A DNA stretch of 64,000 nt, taken from IMG/VR virus record IMGVR_UViG_3300029305_005280, one strand, 5' to 3'. The DNA comes from a virus (lineage: Duplodnaviria; Caudoviricetes). Made by a program: the position numbers and the translations under genes. Positions 60,601-64,000 of the stretch are shown in pieces (within the stretch, counting starts at the first letter, position 1; every line of letters starts with the position of its first letter). The notes beneath the pieces are model-generated. The model was not told the origin of the DNA and did no database searches. It worked only from the letters and a program-made list of their open reading frames with translations.

Positions 60601-61149
60601 CTTGAAAAATTTCCATTGAATGACCTTTTAACAATGGGTTGTAAATTGCATAAATTGCCCACAACCAGATATCTTGAGTTACCTTATAAAGAGATAACTG
60701 AAGCTGACATCAATAAAATACTTATAAATGTGACTAAGTTTAATAGTATAAAATAACAAATAATATTGGAGACGATAAGATGACTAATTATGAGAAAGTA
60801 ATGAAAGAAATGACAGTCGAAAGAATGGCTGAAGTAAATGTAAAACTTGTTACTGTCAATAGTCGTAACTTGTTCTATATGACTTCTACAGGACAGTTAT
60901 TCCTACCTGAGCAATACGAAGCAGCTGTAAGATATGAATATGGTTGGTTAATGAGAGATGATGACTCAATAACTGACCCTAACGGTAATGCATCCGTTAA
61001 TAATGAAGAAGTTAATCAGGAAAATACTAATAAGAAGGAGTAAGATTGAATGGGAACAGGTGACAAGCCAATCTTATAAAAACAAAGGTAGTTGGATTTT
61101 ATATTCAACTACCTTATAATATTATATGTAAGAAAGGAAGGTAAAGAGA

Positions 61150-61815
61150 ATGGAAATTGTAAAAGGCAAACATATCATTCTAAAAAGAGACAAACAAAGT
61201 TATGATACAAATGTATGCGGTAAGTGGGAAAACTATTCTATAGATACTTATCAAGGAACAGTACTCAAAGAAGCAGCTCAACGATATAAAGTATTGTTAA
61301 AAAGTGGCTTTATTGATGACAAAGAATTTACATCACTTAAAAATAAGTTAAGCCAGATTCCTAACACACAACCGAGCACAATAGTTGACTTGTGGAGCCT
61401 TCCTGAAACCGAGGGTTATGTTACAGTTCCTAAAGCAGAAGAAAAGGCCATTGAAATCATAAAAGACATTATAGCCACTGAGCCTACGCCTATACAACCT
61501 GTACCTACTGAACAACCCTCACCAAAACCTAAGCAGGAAGCACCTCAAGTGCATTCGCACAAAGGAAAATGGGTAGTAACAGCAGGACTAAATAGAGTAG
61601 GCAGACAAAGATATGTTAGTATATATACAGATTGTGATGACCTAGATATAAGTGTGGTACCCTCACCCGTATCAAAAACAAAAGCATTAGAAGTACTTGC
61701 AAGAATAAAAAAAGAATACAAAGAGAAACAGAATAAAACAACTGCAACAATTGCAAAAAGGACAGAAGAAATAACATTTGAAATAGCACCTTGGACAGAC
61801 CCTTGGGGAGAATAA
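61150..61815 (+). CDS. Hypothetical two-domain protein with Pro-rich linker
   Basis: Promoter 61089-61120, GGAAGG RBS; EPTPIQPVPTEQPSPKP. Confidence 0.7.
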   Translation: MEIVKGKHIILKRDKQSYDTNVCGKWENYSIDTYQGTVLKEAAQRYKVLLKSGFIDDKEFTSLKNKLSQIPNTQPSTIVDLWSLPETEGYVTVPKAEEKAIEIIKDIIATEPTPIQPVPTEQPSPKPKQEAPQVHSHKGKWVVTAGLNRVGRQRYVSIYTDCDDLDISVVPSPVSKTKALEVLARIKKEYKEKQNKTTATIAKRTEEITFEIAPWTDPWGE

Positions 61816-61883
61816 AAAGTAAAATAGTAAAAAAGTAAGTGCTAAATTAAAACATAAAGTAATAAAACAGAGGTAACAGTAAA

Positions 61884-62318
61884 ATGACTTTAACATATTG
61901 GTTTGGAAGAGACGATGACCAAGAGTTTGAATTTGAACCTGATTATTATCAAATAAAAGAATTCTTAGAGAGCCAAGATGAAGCAGTGCTAGCAGAAGCA
62001 GCTGAAGAAGCATTTGATAAATTAAGTGAACAGCAGCAAAGCGAAATAATCACTGATTTAATCAACGATGGTTCATATAACCTACTTAAAAAGACACAAG
62101 TAGGAACAAATGTTAAATGGTCTATTAACTGGCAAGAGATGGTTAAAAAAGATAAAGATTGGGTTATCACAGAATTTGTATTTGACAACTTAGACCAATT
62201 TGAAGATGATATGAAAGATTATTTTCATAGAGAAGCCTCTGAACAATATGATGATGCTGAGGCATATAGAAAAGACCCTTATGGATACAATGGCGTATCT
62301 CCAAGAGACTTTTACTAA
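61884..62318 (+). CDS. Highly acidic hypothetical protein
   Basis: Asp/Glu-rich; C-terminal DPYGYNGVSPRDF. Confidence 0.7.
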   Translation: MTLTYWFGRDDDQEFEFEPDYYQIKEFLESQDEAVLAEAAEEAFDKLSEQQQSEIITDLINDGSYNLLKKTQVGTNVKWSINWQEMVKKDKDWVITEFVFDNLDQFEDDMKDYFHREASEQYDDAEAYRKDPYGYNGVSPRDFY

Positions 62319-62501
62319 TAAAATTATACTGCTGAATAATTTGAATTAAGCAGCGCCTAAGCAACAATATGATACGATAAGATTTCCTTGGGTTACCTAA
62401 TAAGGTTTCCTGAGGAATTTTTATTTTGCAAAGAATTTATGTTGATAGTTGAAATATATCTATTATCATATTATAATATAGTTGTAAAATAAAAAGGAAG
62501 G

Positions 62502-63856
62502 TTGTTAATTATGAATAAGGTTTTAAGTTGTTTACAATATGTTAAGGCAAGTGATATTTGGCCCACTGCTAATGATAATATTGATTATGGTCCTAAAGAA
62601 GGACTTTTAAGAGGCTATAATGTCCAGGTTCTTAAAGCAGATGGTACTCTTGGTTGGGATAGCTGTGAGTATATTAGAGGTACTATTGAAGAAGAAATCA
62701 ATAGTGAATTTAAACAGTGGTGGTATGCTGATAGAGGTGTTACTCCTACTGGTCGTATCTGCTTTAGAGGATATGCAGTTCCTAGTTATGATGGTACTGT
62801 TATTCCTTGTAATGTTTAAGGAGGGCTAGCATGATTGATTTTAAAACTAAGACACTTTATTTTGGTTATGGGGATATTGCTGTAGGTAACACAACTATAG
62901 CACTTCGATTTAGACAATTTGAACCATCTATGGAAGTAGGTGCAGATATAATTGATGGTGAAATGAATTTTACTTCAAACGGCATCAATATTTATCTGTG
63001 TAGTTATGCAGAAGTGGAATGTCTTGAAAGACTTCTTGATAAGATGACAGGAAGAGATTTCTTCTATTTTATCTTCAAAGAATGGACATTCAACTTTGCT
63101 AATTGGAATCCTAAATCAATTGAAGTTATCAAAGCACATTTAAACATTGTTAAGAATAATATGTTGGCGCCTATGGCTTGTTAGGAGGGCTTGTATGAAA
63201 ATAGTTTTAACACCTGCAGAAGTAAATCATATCGTTACTACTCATCTTGTTATGGAGAGTAAACTAGAACCTAATATACCTACTGATTGTACTTGGCGTA
63301 TAAATCAATTTAATGTTGCTCATTCTGAATTGGTGTATTCTCAAGAGGAGGTCAACAAGAATGTTGAAATTAGTTAACAAACTTCATACAATACTAAATG
63401 AAGTAAAAGGTTTTATTACTGGTTACAAATCAAGTATACCCAATATCATGATTGTAAACTACAATGATGATTACTATATGCTTGAATTCACTAAACTTAG
63501 GCCTATTGAAGTTACCGATAAGTTAAGAAAAGAATACCTCTTTGAAAAAACTACAAAAGAGGACGAACAGATGATTATCATGTCTGAAATGCTTAGAACT
63601 TTGAAACCTGAGGTGGAGGATAATGATGCAGATTATTAGTGAATATAAAACAGACAGACAAGGAAATGATTGTTGGATTACTGATTATATCTGTTTAGTT
63701 GAACTTGACCGTAATCTTTTTCTTTTGACATTTACAGAAAGAGTACAAGGTACTTGGACTGGTGATGTTAAAACTACTAAGACATCAATTCATACTGATT
63801 ATCATGAAGCACTATTAGCAATGAAACTCATAATTAACAAATTGGAGCGAGAATGA
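62502..63856 (+). other. Operon of hypothetical genes (62502-62819, 62831-63184, 63147-63377, 63313-63639, 63623-63856)
   Basis: Promoter 62446-62477, GGAAGG/GGAGG RBSs. Confidence 0.65.
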
Positions 63857-64000
63857 TGGATATTAAATGGAGAACATCAGAAACTATTGTAGCACTTTAC
63901 TATAGACGACCTTATGAAAATGAAAGGGAATTCATTTGTGTATGTGAGTCTGAAGAAGTTGCTAATGAGGAGATACATCGACTCAGAGAAGAATGGCCTG

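Larger units (their letters stand above)
52903..61043 (+). other. Long run of small hypothetical early genes, many with CxxC zinc ribbons
   Basis: ~30 densely packed 60-150-aa + strand ORFs with overlapping start/stop codons and internal TAGTTGA promoters. Confidence 0.7.

Overview
This window is part of a large, AT-rich tailed bacteriophage genome. The host is most likely an anaerobic Firmicute (Clostridia-like), inferred from the class III RNR, the HPr-like protein and the sigmaA-type promoters. Essentially all real genes are on the + strand. 1-23.8 kb holds recombination, replication and nucleotide-metabolism genes: SbcC/gp46-like C-terminus, metallophosphoesterase, peptide deformylase-like protein, Ig-repeat virion protein, SSB, nrdD-FNT-nrdG, HNH, RNA ligase, SPFH, dUTPase and DNA ligase. 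23.9-37.0 kb is an RNA island with 23 intact tRNA genes (all amino acids except Cys), several anticodon-less tRNA-like RNAs, a ~990-nt GOLLD-like RNA, a ~660-nt ROOL-like RNA and many orphan structured spacers. It ends with a Ro60/TROVE gene followed by five tandem Y-RNA-like units. 37-64 kb holds small early genes plus ThyX and a tRNA/ribosome repair set: Thg1-like, phosphoesterase, nucleotidyltransferase, PNK-HD, cyclic-phosphate receiver domain and an unannotated ArfA-like peptide. The most striking element is the Ro60-associated array at 36190-36912. A constant scaffold (GAWGCAG...TTACTTC...ATTCTC) carries different cargo in each unit: bare anticodon stem-loops (Ser, Lys+Leu) or circularly permuted tRNAs (Asn, Pro). 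This suggests a phage tRNA-decoy/anti-anticodon-nuclease system, which is an inference. All family calls come from motif recognition by eye; no database search was run.
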